DNA of 64,000 nucleotides, from assembly GCF_963921235.1 (NCBI RefSeq), contig NC_086123.1:3968001-4032000 (forward strand), written 5' to 3'. Shown piece after piece: positions 22,171-33,610 of the stretch. Position 1 is the first letter of the stretch, and each line of letters opens with the position of its first letter. Position numbers and translations under genes: made by a program. The DNA is from Mobula hypostoma. Its lineage: Eukaryota. The notes under the pieces are model-generated. The model searched no databases. It was not told the origin of the DNA and worked only from the letters and a program-made list of their open reading frames with translations.

Positions 22171-25100
22171 AAAGTTGAAGCACTGGGTTTTTTGGCTGAC
22201 TTGTGAGAAAATGTTGATTTACAATGGGATGAAATGAGGGTGAAGGTGGGAGTTGTCGGGGTGTTGGGTTGGTGTTTGAGGTATTGGGCTGAACAGGTCA
22301 TAAGCTATATTTCCTGCTTCACCCCAGCTCCTGAGCACAATGTGAACCTCGACTAAATGTGGTCAAACGTGTAAGAGGAATATTGTCACATAATGGCAGC
22401 TGTAGTGATGATGGAGCCTCATTTTCTGTGCCCTAAAGGTTAAGGAACTTTCAGGTGTGAACGGGAAGAGTCATGGAGGGATGGAGAGGGAGGTGGTGCT
22501 CTTCCTGGGGATTGGTGACTATGGTGGTGACCCCAGTCGATAAAAGAACCCCTCCCACCCTCCTTCCTCCAGCTCCACTGTCCAGAGAGTGTTTGGGGAC
22601 AGGTCCAACAAATATCACCCACTGAAACCTAAATTTCACCCATCTCAGCATTAGCACAAAACTGACTGATCAAAACTTGACCCTTGCAACTTTATTGCCA
22701 AATTGAGGGAGGGTATCACAAAGGGGCAGTTTTACAGCCCTGTTGGGGCATAAAGAGACCACGGGGCACCAGTCTGCACATCAGTTAACAGAGCATTAAG
22801 CATCCAAATGTGTGACCACACACACTCCACACCCTAGGACACGGGGAGGCAGAAACAAAACCATGTCAGGAGTGAACGTGATGATATCGGGTATACCCAT
22901 TTTATTGTCCGAAACAAGCCAAGATCTTAAGACTTGTACGTAGCTATTAAATTTCAAAGTTCAAAGTATATATATGCACTATATACAAGCCTGAGATTCA
23001 TTTTCTTGCGGGCATACTCAGAAAATCCAACAACCACAATAGAACGAAAGAAGGGCTTCATCAAGTCCTTCGCTCACATCCACTGTGATGAAGTATTTTG
23101 AGAGGTTGACCATGACATCTGACATATATACTGTACGACGTACGTCCGTGATAATAAACCTGATTCTGATTCAAGAACTGCGAAGGGGCACTGGAAACAA
23201 CCCAAATCATACTGGAGTTGCACCAAAGAAGAGCAATTCATTGCTGACTGTGAGATCCCAGAGAGAGAGTTGTTTCTCCTGTCGACACTGAAGACGGCTG
23301 TGGTAAGGAAACTGGATTTGCCTAAATAAGCACGGTTTAATCCCAGGAAGACAAGATGGCAGGAGTGGAAACCAAATAACAACATCTGTGTCAGTGCTAA
23401 CCTAGTGCAGTCCCTTCAGGAACCATAGAGAGTGTAGCCACATGATTCAACCTTTTCCCAGTCCCACACGCAGTGTTGGGGCACCAGACCATCCACTAAC
23501 GATGAACGTTCACTTCGTCCCTCTGATTCTCCATTGCTGATGACGAATGGGAAGGATCAGGCAGACCAGGCCAGGAGAAGACCAGGGAAGTGAAGACATT
23601 ATGTTGACCAAGGTGGCACAAGGAACAACAGGAGAAATATTCTGATGTGAGACACAACTCTGCTGATACTTGAAGCAGTCCATCTACGTGATCGGAATGA
23701 ACTTGCCCATCCTGGATGGGAGAGCTGACTGATGCTCTGGAACCTATTCAATGTTTCTGATCTGGATCACCGTAGACTGACACTCTGAGTCCTGATGGAC
23801 CGGATGTTCCACCATGGAACCTGGTAAATTAATGACTGTGGTTGTGTCACCTCCCTCTCCATTCTTCCATGTCACTTCCCCTCAATACTCGCAGAATTAC
23901 TTCATCTGCAATACACAAAAGGAAATGTGGTTCTTCACTCCCTGCAGTTTCCATTCTATGATGCAGCTCTGGGCTTCCAAACCTCAGAACGTCCCCTTTC
24001 CCTACCCCAACCTACCACTGTATGTTTGACCGTGTCTGGGTGATGTTCAAAATTTCTACTCGGGAGCAGGGACAGACAGCTGAACTTGAAATCTGCCAAC
24101 CAACGGTGTCGGGCAACTCATTCACAGCCCCCTCATTTGCCTTTTTATTCCATTACAATCCTTTGTTCTCAGGCTGCAGATTATTGCTATCTGACAAACT
24201 CAGCAATTCAAATTACATTTTTAGTTAGTGTTCCAGCTCTTAGTAGTTTTATTGCTTATTTGCATGTGATGTGTAAGAAGTGATCACTACATCTGTGCAT
24301 TCGCATTGTACCAGACAAAGACTGCTCCTTACTGTAACTAAGTTAAAATAAGTAGTAGTTTTCCCAACAAACTCTTGCTCCAGAAGAGCAGTTTGAACAG
24401 GAGTATTGACCATTTACGTTTGGTTCAGCTTGTCAGAAAGAGAAAATAAGCCCATTCTTATTGAGGAAAACAACATTTATGATTCCTCCTAATTGTCCCA
24501 AACTATTTGGCAGAATTACCAAAACAGTTTTGTCTATTTTTAAAGCCTTGAGCCAATATTCCAAATTCATGTGAGTTTTATTATATCTTCCTGAATTGTA
24601 CATGACCCAGTTCATGTTTTGTTTTCACCAACTATAGTTCAGATAACTAACAAGGGATTGGAATATCATAGTTAAAGGAAAGGTAAAACACCTCCCAACT
24701 TTAGCTCATCACGAGCAAAGCAACTTTGTCTAAGATTAAAAAATCATAATTTTCCTTAGGTCACAGTCTATTTCATCAAACATGGAGTGAATTCAAAATC
24801 CCTATCTTGCTCTTCATCTCTGTTATTATCTGGCTCTATCCGACCTTCATTCTCACTCTCTCTGAATCACAGGATCTTAAAAGCTCCCAAGCTTCAAGGA
24901 ACATTTTTGAAACTCAGCCTCATCTGCTCTCTTTTCCCTCCACACTCACTCTCTCTTTCTCTCCCTCTCCTCTCTCTCTCTCTGTCTCTCTTTCTTCCTC
25001 TCTCTTTCATTCTCTCTTTACTCTCACCAAATCACAGGATCTCAAAATTTGGCAAATCTCTTTTGAAACTCATGGATCACTCACCCACTTTCTATCAATT

Positions 25101-25674
25101 CAGAACATGAAAAAAGTGGTCAAGATGGCGCCAGCGTACGACGTTCCCATAGTCGACATCTTCCAGATGACAAGCAAAAAGCTTTTTCACTTCTTTTACG
25201 TATGTTTTCACCTTAAAAACGTTTCTGGAGGGATAGAGCCTGCAACTTACAGCCTTCAGCACCGACGATCCCACTCCGGGTTGTCCCACATCTTCCCCAT
25301 CACAGTCTCAGCCATTCCCTCAGCAGATTCTGGATCAGAGCCGAGCATCCCTCCACCAGGCAGATACTCCGGTGACCCTAATGGCTGCAGGAAGTTTATG
25401 ACCCAGTGTGAGCTGACTTTCCAAGCCCAGCCAGGTCGGTTCAGTGATGATGTGCGTACGTGGTGAATCACTCGGACTCCATTCACCTGTTCAATGCTCT
25501 GTGAGAACAAGGTTCCCCCTACAGCTCAGTCCTTCCACCAACTCGTGGTTGAGTTCAAGAGAGCGTTTGGTCTTCCGGTGCAGGGTTAGGAGGCAGCTCA
25601 CCGAATGGTAGGGCACAGAAGAGTGCGGTGGAGCAAAGGGATCCATAATTCATTGAAAGTGGCCTCATTGAAAG

Positions 25675-26200
25675 TGGAGAATGGACGGGAAAGCACAGAG
25701 GAACATCTGGAGAAATTTCTGAAACGCCCGTTCGCTGCTGTCTTTACTGTGCGGTCAGGAATCTTTCGGAGGCTAGGCCTCAATATCCCTGTCCTTGCCT
25801 GCTTTTGGCGACCTGGCGACCGAGAAGGAGGTCGAATCATTCGGACAGAGATGGTGCTCAGTACTCAGTGTCGGAGAGCTGATCGGAGCTCGAAATTTTC
25901 GGATGACTCAGAGTCGGACCGTGGTCGGGCATGAAAGGGAGAGTTTTTCTTCCTTCTCCCCTCTGCGTGAGATGTGGGACATTTGGGAGACTTTGAACTT
26001 TACTGTGCTCATGGACATCTCATCAAGTTATGCTATTATTGCACTGTTTGTAACTATATGTTATAATTATGTGGTTTTGTCAGTTTTTTTCAGTCTTGGT
26101 TTGTCCTGTGTTTTGTGATATTACACCGGAGGAAATAATGTATCATTTCTTAATGCATACATTACTAAATGACAAGAAGAGAGGGCTACATGTCTTCATA
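25675..26200 (+). mobile_element. Non-autonomous interspersed element, 5' end deleted
   Basis: Same family as 2672-2903 and 36743-37240. Confidence 0.7.
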
Positions 26201-26835
26201 AGCAATCATCATAAAATGGATACACCCAGTATCATCACATACATGTACTGCCTGTGACTGTGTCCTAGCGTACAGAGTGTGGGTGGTCACACATGAGATC
26301 GCTCAGAACTATGTTAGATTAATGTGAAGAATGGGGCCCCAAGGGTCTATTTATGCCCCTGAGGGTCTGCACAGCAGCACCAATGTAAAATCATCCCTCG
26401 CTGTAGCAATGAAGTTGGAAAGGGCACAGTGTGTTCAGTATCTGCAGAGAGTGTGCAGAAATTAATGCATTTTGTTTTTCAGTACAGGGGGTTCTGTTGA
26501 TTCAGTCCCCAAACACTCTCTGGAAAGTGGAGCTGGAGGAAGGAGGGTGGGAGGGGTTCTTTTATTGACTGGGGACACCACCATAGTCACCAATCCCCAG
26601 GAAGAGCATCACCTCATGGAAATCACAGGGCAAGTCCCACAGCGACTTGTCTCATTTTCAGAGGTGGTCACCATATCCTCTCCATACTCTAAAACCAATT
26701 ACCGAGAGTTCGTGCCGTGACAATTCCAGCCCATCACCCCTGTCGTGGACTCTGTTTAGTGTCTATGTTTCAATCAGTGAGACCCATCATGATCACATTT
26801 GGGTTAGTTATGCACACTTAAAATAGAACACCGTC

Positions 26836-26976
26836 TCACACACAAACACACACACACACACGTAAATTGACACACACTCAAACACATACGTGGACACATA
26901 CACACACATACATGTAAATTAACACATGTGGACACACAGTCGTGGACACGCACGCACACACACACACACACACACT
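26836..26976 (+). repeat. Imperfect (CA)n microsatellite upstream of PLA2-B
   Basis: CA-rich run. Confidence 0.9.
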
Positions 26977-27029
26977 GAGAAGAGCCGGAAGCAGTCAGGA
27001 TTGGCTCTGTCTCTCCAGCTCAGTCAAAT

Positions 27030-27100
27030 AGAGACCAGCTGTATCAACATGAGAGTTTGTCTTTATCTTATCCATGTTATCAGCTCCCAATATATAATCC
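27030..27100 (+). promoter_or_regulatory. PLA2 copy B proximal promoter
   Basis: TATATAA at 27091-27097, 62 nt before the ATG; three reverse GATAA motifs within 27063-27082; E-box CAGCTG at 27036-27041. Confidence 0.6.
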
Positions 27101-27152
27101 AGGGACTGAACCTCACAAGTGTGATTTCCAGGACAGGGAAGAGCAAACGACA

Positions 27153-27186
27153 ATGTTGGGCCTGATTGTCCTGCTTCTGCTCTCAG
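27153..27186 (+). CDS. PLA2G1B: PLA2 copy B exon 1 (signal peptide)
   Basis: ATG..TCAG|gtaagg, [11 protein letters not shown], 34 nt. Confidence 0.92.
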
Positions 27187-30100
27187 GTAAGGAGACTCTC
27201 CTCGAGTGAGCCTTACTTTGATGTTGGTTGCTTCATGTTCTAACCTGTTTGTGTCTGTCTGTTCCTCTCTCTCCTGATGTAGCTGGTGCTGGGAGCACTT
27301 CCATTCAGTTCAGGAACCTCATTCAGTTCGGTGAATTGATTAAATGTGCCAACCCAAGCATCACTTCACCACTGCAATTCAATAACTACGGCTGTTACTG
27401 TGGAACTGGTGGATCTGGGACACCAGTGGATGACCTTGACCGGTAGGTGGACAGACGATCTCTACAGAGCCAGTTACCATCCATTGGAGTCCAGGGACAG
27501 AGAAATGTTCTCATTCATTGTCAGAGGCAGCAGGATTGCATCTTCATTGAAGCTTCAAAATACCCCATTAAATCTCCCAATGTGAAATATGTTTCTGATG
27601 GTGGCAGTGAGTGACAATTGATGTCATGGGGTTCGCAGCCAGGTTATGGTGCCTACTGTGGCCACACAAATACTGGCCGTGTGTCCTGGAAATAATCAGA
27701 GAGGGCAATTGCTGATGGTATATCTCACAATCTGCTTTTTGCTGTAGTTGTCAGTACTCCGACTTGAGTTAAATTTCCGTTGGTGCAGATATGGCCGTGT
27801 ATAAATTTTCTGCTTGGTGTCACTTTCAGTCCTGAAATTGGCTCCATTGAGTTGGTAATGCGGTCTCTGTTGAAGAATTTTTTGCACCGTGGTTTTAGCG
27901 AGTTGATTTGCTGGAGCCTCTCCAGTGGTGGTTTCTGAGATGTGAGCCGTGATCAGGATATGCCGTCTGTCCTGCAGTGATCACGAGAGACAGATCACAG
28001 ATTGGTGCAGCTGGGGCTGAAGGTTTCCTGCTGAGGGTGGGGGAGGACAATGACACTTGCTAGGGCTGGGAGACACTCAGTGCCTGTTGACTTCAGAGCC
28101 CCAGTGATGGTACAGAGGGTAGTGCTGGGTTTGCAGTGCCACCGGTCTGTACTGGAGTTCAGGACTGTGTAGTGGAACACACCGAGGACAGAGCAGCTGC
28201 TCCCAGGGAGGATTCTGTCCTTCTGGAGGATTGAACAGGGGGTTCGATCATGGCAGCACAAGAGAGAACCATGACCCAGTAGCTACCTTAGTAAGGGAGC
28301 GAGGAAGGGAAGGAGAGAGGGCAACCAGCTGGTCGATCAGTCTGTTGCTTGTTGTTGGGTCTTGAACACACACAATCCATAGAAAAAGGGAAAAAATAAG
28401 CATTGGTCGCCTTCTCAGGTCTATTGTGGTCATGTCACTTGGTGGAATTCTTTTCCACATTCCCGTCTGATTCCCCACAGATCCTGATTCCACATCCCAC
28501 TGTGAAGCTCCTCCCCTACTCCCTGGTACGATATGAGCCTGCTCAGTTACCCTCAGCTCAGATCACCTCCTGACTCTTAGCTCTACATGGGAAGTGTCTG
28601 ACACTGGAGGCTGCTGTAACAGTGTTCTGTTAACTCAAGTCCATGAGTTTTCTACTAAACGTTATCTGTGATTTTACAGGTGCTGCCAGACCCATGACAA
28701 GTGTTATGAAGATGCTGACAAAAAAGAGAAGTGCAGAACTGTCTTTTCACCCAAAATGATACATTACAATTACAGCTGCTCAAAGGGGAAAATCGAATGT
28801 ACAAGTGAGTATGATCAGAGAGTGCCTCATTGTCTAATTTTTACCTCTGCTTCCATGGTCAGCAACTTTTGTCCATCCCTCATCGTCTTTGTGAAGGTGC
28901 TGGTGAGCTGCCATCTTGAACCACTGGAGTTGCCCTGGTGATGGTTCTCCCACAATGCTCTTGTGCTGAAGCTCCAGCATTCAGACCCAGTGATGATGGA
29001 GGAACGGGTTATGTTCCATGTCTGGATGGTAAAAGTTTTTTCTCCCAATTCCCCCCTCCCCATTACAACGAAAATACGTAACCTTAAGATAAGAAAGACC
29101 AGCAAAGAAAAAAATGTTGATACTTAATCATTGAAAATAAACTAAGGGAATGCGAAAACAGTCTCCAAAGACGTCAGAGCAATACTATAAACCAAAGAGT
29201 TTAATCTCTAAAAAGAGAAAAGCAGCGCCATCATTCTTTAACTTACTACCTTATTTAACAAAAGAACCAAAGCTAATTATCTATTACTAAACACACCGCA
29301 ATATAAGAAAAAAGCCTATATAAACTGTAAGCAAACTATCACTTAATTAATAAAGAAAAAGAAAAATAGAAACAGATAATCAAACCAGTTCACAATCTAT
29401 CCGCTGTATTAATACACTCCGTATACTAAACAGTCTTTAAAAAAAGTCATTCTTTAGTCAAACCAGGAAGATCACCTCTTCTTTAAGTAATATCAAAGGA
29501 TATCTTCAGTTTACCGAAATCTTCAAAGCCTGTTTTCTTTCAGAAAATTATTCAGAAACTCTAATATCCTTCATACATCAGCCGATTCCACGACAGAGTT
29601 GACAAAATCCGATGCCACTTGGGGATCCAAGAAGACACGAGGGGTAGAATCTTTAGGAAATAACTTTAATCTCGCTGGGTATCTCAGGGATGGAAAGAGT
29701 CTTTTTGCGTGAGCGATCTTCATGACCGATATGAATTTGATCCGTTGTTCCATAACTTCCCATGGATAATCTTCATAAAAACGGATCTCGGAACCGTTAA
29801 ATTTTAAAACTTTCTGTTTTCTTTCACATTTTATGATTTGGTCTTTAACTTTAAAGCGAAGAATGTTGACTAAAATTGGTCGAGCTTTATCTGACGAAGT
29901 GAAAATTCTGTGAGCTCTTTCAATATCGGGAGGCTGAGATAGAATATCCGGGAACAGGAATTGAAACAGGTTGGCAAAATAATCCAATAAATTCCCATTC
30001 TCGGAGCCTTCTCGAAGACCCACAATACGAATGTTATTCCTACGCAACCTTAAGTCTAAATCGACAATTTTGCGTTGAGCCTGTTCCAATCGGGTTGAAA

Positions 30101-32786
30101 TATCTGCAATCTGACATTTCGATTCTTTAAACTCAGTATTCAAGGAAACAATATTTTCCTCAATAGTCTGTAAACTCTGTCGGAACGACTTCAACTCAGA
30201 AGTGTTATTGTCTATTTCCTTGTCGAGACCCATCAACGCACGTTCCAAACGCTCAGCCCAGACAGGCATATCTTCTGATTTTACATTCGAAGTTTTTCCC
30301 TTTCCATTGCTGGGTTCAAAAAGCTGTTTTCCACTTCTTAAAGGATACGGCATAATGACCACTATTTCCCACCAAGATCCAGAAAATAAAAGTTGAATAA
30401 TTCAAAGTTTAGACTGGGGAAAAGGAGGAATTAAAGGCAGCCACAAAATTTATGTATTACTCCATTGAGCTGCAGGCGGAAGTCCCACAATAGGGTATTT
30501 TAACAGACTCCTGCATAGAAACATGGAGCTTAGAAAAATAGAGGGCTATGGGTAACTCTAGGTAATATTTAAGGTAAGGACATGTTCTGCAGAGATTTAT
30601 GGGCCGGGGGCCTGTATTGTGCTGTAGGGTTTCTATGTTTCTATGTTTCTATGTTCTCTGTAGCTGCATCAATATGTAGTGACCTGGTTAAGTCCTCAGA
30701 GATATTGACACCCAGGCACTTGAAATTGCTCATTCTCTCCACTCCTGATAGATACAGAAATAAACTGAATGGCAGTAATTACATATATGTTTATTAAATA
30801 GTTAAATTAAATACGTAGTACAAAAAAAGGAAATAAAAAAGTAATGGGGTAGTGTTCATAAGTTTAATGTCCATTTAGAAATCAGATGGCAGAGAGAAAG
30901 AAGCTGGTCTTGACGTGTGTGCCTTCAAGCTTCTGTACCTTCTTCCTGACGGTAACAATGAGAAGAGGGCATGTACTGGGTGGTGAGGGTCCTTAATACT
31001 GGACAACTCCTTCCTGAGGCAGCTTATGGAACATAAAGTCTAAGCAATCCAAGGAAGACTATACACCTGAGAATTATGAGAGGCATAGATAAAATAAACA
31101 ATCACAGCCCTTTTCCAAGGCAGGAAGGTCTAAAACTAGAGGTCTGGGTTTAACGTGGGAGTAGAAAAAGATTTAAAAGGAACAACTTGTTCACACAGAG
31201 GCTGCTGGGTATGTAGAAGGTGCAAAGCAGATGGGAACAATTACAATATTTCAAAGATAGTTGGAAAGCTTCAGAGGGATCTGGGCCAAGTGCAGGCAGA
31301 TGGGATAGCATAGAAAGACAGTGGGTCAGCATGGATGAGTTGGGCCGAAGAGCCTGGCTCAGAGCTGCAAAACCTTTACGACTCTATGAACGTGAAAGAT
31401 GGCTGAATTACGCTCCTTATTTGAAGATGGTTATTGTCTGACACGTGTGTGTTGTCAATGTTACTCACCAGCTAGTGGTCAGGGCCCAGATATTGCTGGA
31501 TCATATGCAGAGAGCAAATTATGAACTGAGCATTATTGATGAGTAAGTACTGTCTGGTAGCACTGACACCATCAAAAATCATTTGAAATAGTAGATTGAG
31601 TAAATATTTGGCTCTGAAAGCCTGCTGCACTATTTGTCAAGATATAGGTTTATCTTCTTGCTCAACAATTTTTCCTGACTTATTTCAATATTCCCAGATT
31701 CCTCCAATTTATCAATTTCAATCAGCTTCAGTTTTGAGTGAATTCATGACATCCACAGCCCTCTGGCACAGGATCTTCCCCCAGTTTGAACCCTCAACTG
31801 TTTGCCCTTAATCTGCGCCAGTGACCCCTGATTCTATTTCCCATCAGTACAGGAAACACCCTCTCCATATCTGTCCTGTGATCCCTGCTGTGGTTTCAAA
31901 ATTCAACCCACAGAAAATGGATTCAGATGAATGAAAGGAGGAATATTTTTGCTTCACTTCATCTCAGCATTTTACAGAATGCAATAGAAATGTTGTGACC
32001 AGTTTGTTTGCAGCAGGATCCCAATGGAACCATGACCAGATAAATTATCTAAGCTGATATTTGCAGGACTATTCTGATCACATTAAAAGAGGTTTCTCCC
32101 AAGCTCTTTTGTTACATACAATCTCCTCACCAGACAGATGAAAAATATGCTCAGTTTAACAGTCAGGAGAGAGAGAGATGGGTCACTTCTCCCTCAGGAG
32201 CACAGTGGAATATCACTCTTCCAGTTTGTGTTAATGTCACTGCCGTGGGACTGAAACCTCAGAGTCAGAGGCAAGATCCAAGACTGCTGCTTGGGGCCAC
32301 ATCAGTGGTGAAGGGCTGGGGGTCACCAGGGACTTTTCTAGAATTCTAGATTCAGCTATGATTGTGGTGTAGATCTTCACAGAATTTGTTATTCTGATGT
32401 CAATGCAAGTCTGACATCAGTTTAAAAGGATCCATTGACTCTAGAAATGATAAGGTCATCACAATGAAATTAAAAACCCAGATTACAATTAGTAATTTAA
32501 ATGATTTACAGAACATTTATATAAAGATTAGAATGTTGCACATAATATATAGATGGAAGTTGAATTATCAAAATATATTAAAATTTAAAATTATCTTTCA
32601 TTCTTTCATAATCCAAGGCAAATACTGTATCATTAATATAATAGATTATTTTGAATATGTTTCCTTTCAGGTAAAAGTCACTGCGAGAAGTTTATCTGTG
32701 AATGTGATCGAAAGGCGTCCATCTGCTTCTCGAAAGCAAAATACAACCCTAAGAATAAAGGCATCAGTAAATCTCGCTGCAAATAG
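27153..32786 (+). CDS. PLA2G1B: Group I secreted phospholipase A2, copy B; intact 4-exon gene, 144 aa
   Basis: Exons 27153-27186, 27283-27442, 28680-28804, 32671-32786, all GT-AG, total 435 nt: [144 protein letters not shown]. Signal peptide, Arg-ending propeptide, Ca2+ loop, His48/Asp49/Tyr52/Asp99, 14 Cys including the group I C11-C77 pair. Symbol denotes family likeness; orthology not tested. Confidence 0.95.
27283..27442 (+). CDS. PLA2G1B: PLA2 copy B exon 2
   Basis: 160 nt, ag|CT..CG|gt, [19 protein letters not shown]. Confidence 0.96.
28680..28804 (+). CDS. PLA2G1B: PLA2 copy B exon 3
   Basis: 125 nt, CCQTHDKCY catalytic motif. Confidence 0.96.
29031..30486 (-). mobile_element. L1 5' remnant with open ORF1 (29571-30362) in PLA2-B intron 3
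   Basis: Paralogous to 11910-13339; ORF2 absent. Confidence 0.92.
32671..32786 (+). CDS. PLA2G1B: PLA2 copy B exon 4
   Basis: 116 nt, [13 protein letters not shown] motif, ends TAG. Confidence 0.95.
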
Positions 32787-33117
32787 GAGGTCGATCTGAC
32801 CATGTGGTTATGATTTTTCTTGACTTTATCTAACAAATACTTTCCTTCCAACTTGTGTCATCTGTTTTATTTCCAGGAACTCAAACATCTTTGAACTCCA
32901 TATTAACTATGATACTATAATCAATAATCTGATTTAAATCCAACACCCCTTATCCTGTCTTACATTATTTGTGCCACTCAGAAAGATAAAGATTTTCATC
33001 ACTTTAATCTTTCTCCCAATGAAAGCACATACTGGTTACTTTATAAACCAAAATCTGAAAGTATCATGTCAATTTTGCTGATATTTTCACTAAAAGAAAT
33101 CTCATTGAACAACCATG

Positions 33118-33123
33118 AATAAA
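33118..33123 (+). terminator. Candidate poly(A) signal, PLA2 copy B
   Basis: AATAAA about 330 nt after the stop. Confidence 0.45.
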
Positions 33124-33610
33124 TATTAATTGGGATGATAATCATTCCCTCAACCCAGACTTTCTTTAAAGCCTCAGCTGTGGAACCTGAGGAAAAATCT
33201 GTTCACATCAAGGTGATGAAAACTTTGCGATGGCCCACAACAGATGCTCAGTTGGTTCCTTACAGGGCATCTAAACACAATAACGATTGGAAGCTGCACT
33301 TGGAAATCCAGTTGTGATTATACTCGGAGATTGTTTGCAATGACGTTGCTGGTGCCACTCATAATATTAAGGTGATGGGCATGTATCTTCTATAATCAAT
33401 TAAACCTGATTTGAGAGCATTGAAACATGCCTGGCATCTCAGTCTCGTATCACACCACATGTACCACAACGAGGAAAACCAGTCAAAGGACGGGAAGCAC
33501 AGGCTGGGACTTCTCCTGGAGTGTTTCCATCCCACAGGCACAACTCAGACAAAACCTTCACCTATTCCATTACCACCCCTCCCCACTCCCCACCACCCAT
33601 GTGCTTATAA

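Larger units (their letters stand above)
21051..22905 (-). repeat. Inverted, diverged copy of the PLA2-B upstream region (26210-26980), with about 1.1 kb of extra sequence inside
   Basis: Reverse complement of 21270-21387 matches 26612-26730; 22490-22600 matches 26505-26614; 22690-22905 loosely matches 26210-26420; (GT)n matches (CA)n. Confidence 0.85.
24324..33610 (+). repeat. Segmental duplication unit B
   Basis: Colinear with 1-16454 apart from three kb-scale indels. Confidence 0.93.

Noticed and set aside
1-33610. False duplication of two haplotypes
   Set aside because: About 23 amino-acid differences, 2.5% intron divergence and three kb-scale indels fit paralogs better; not fully excluded because a gap separates the copies.
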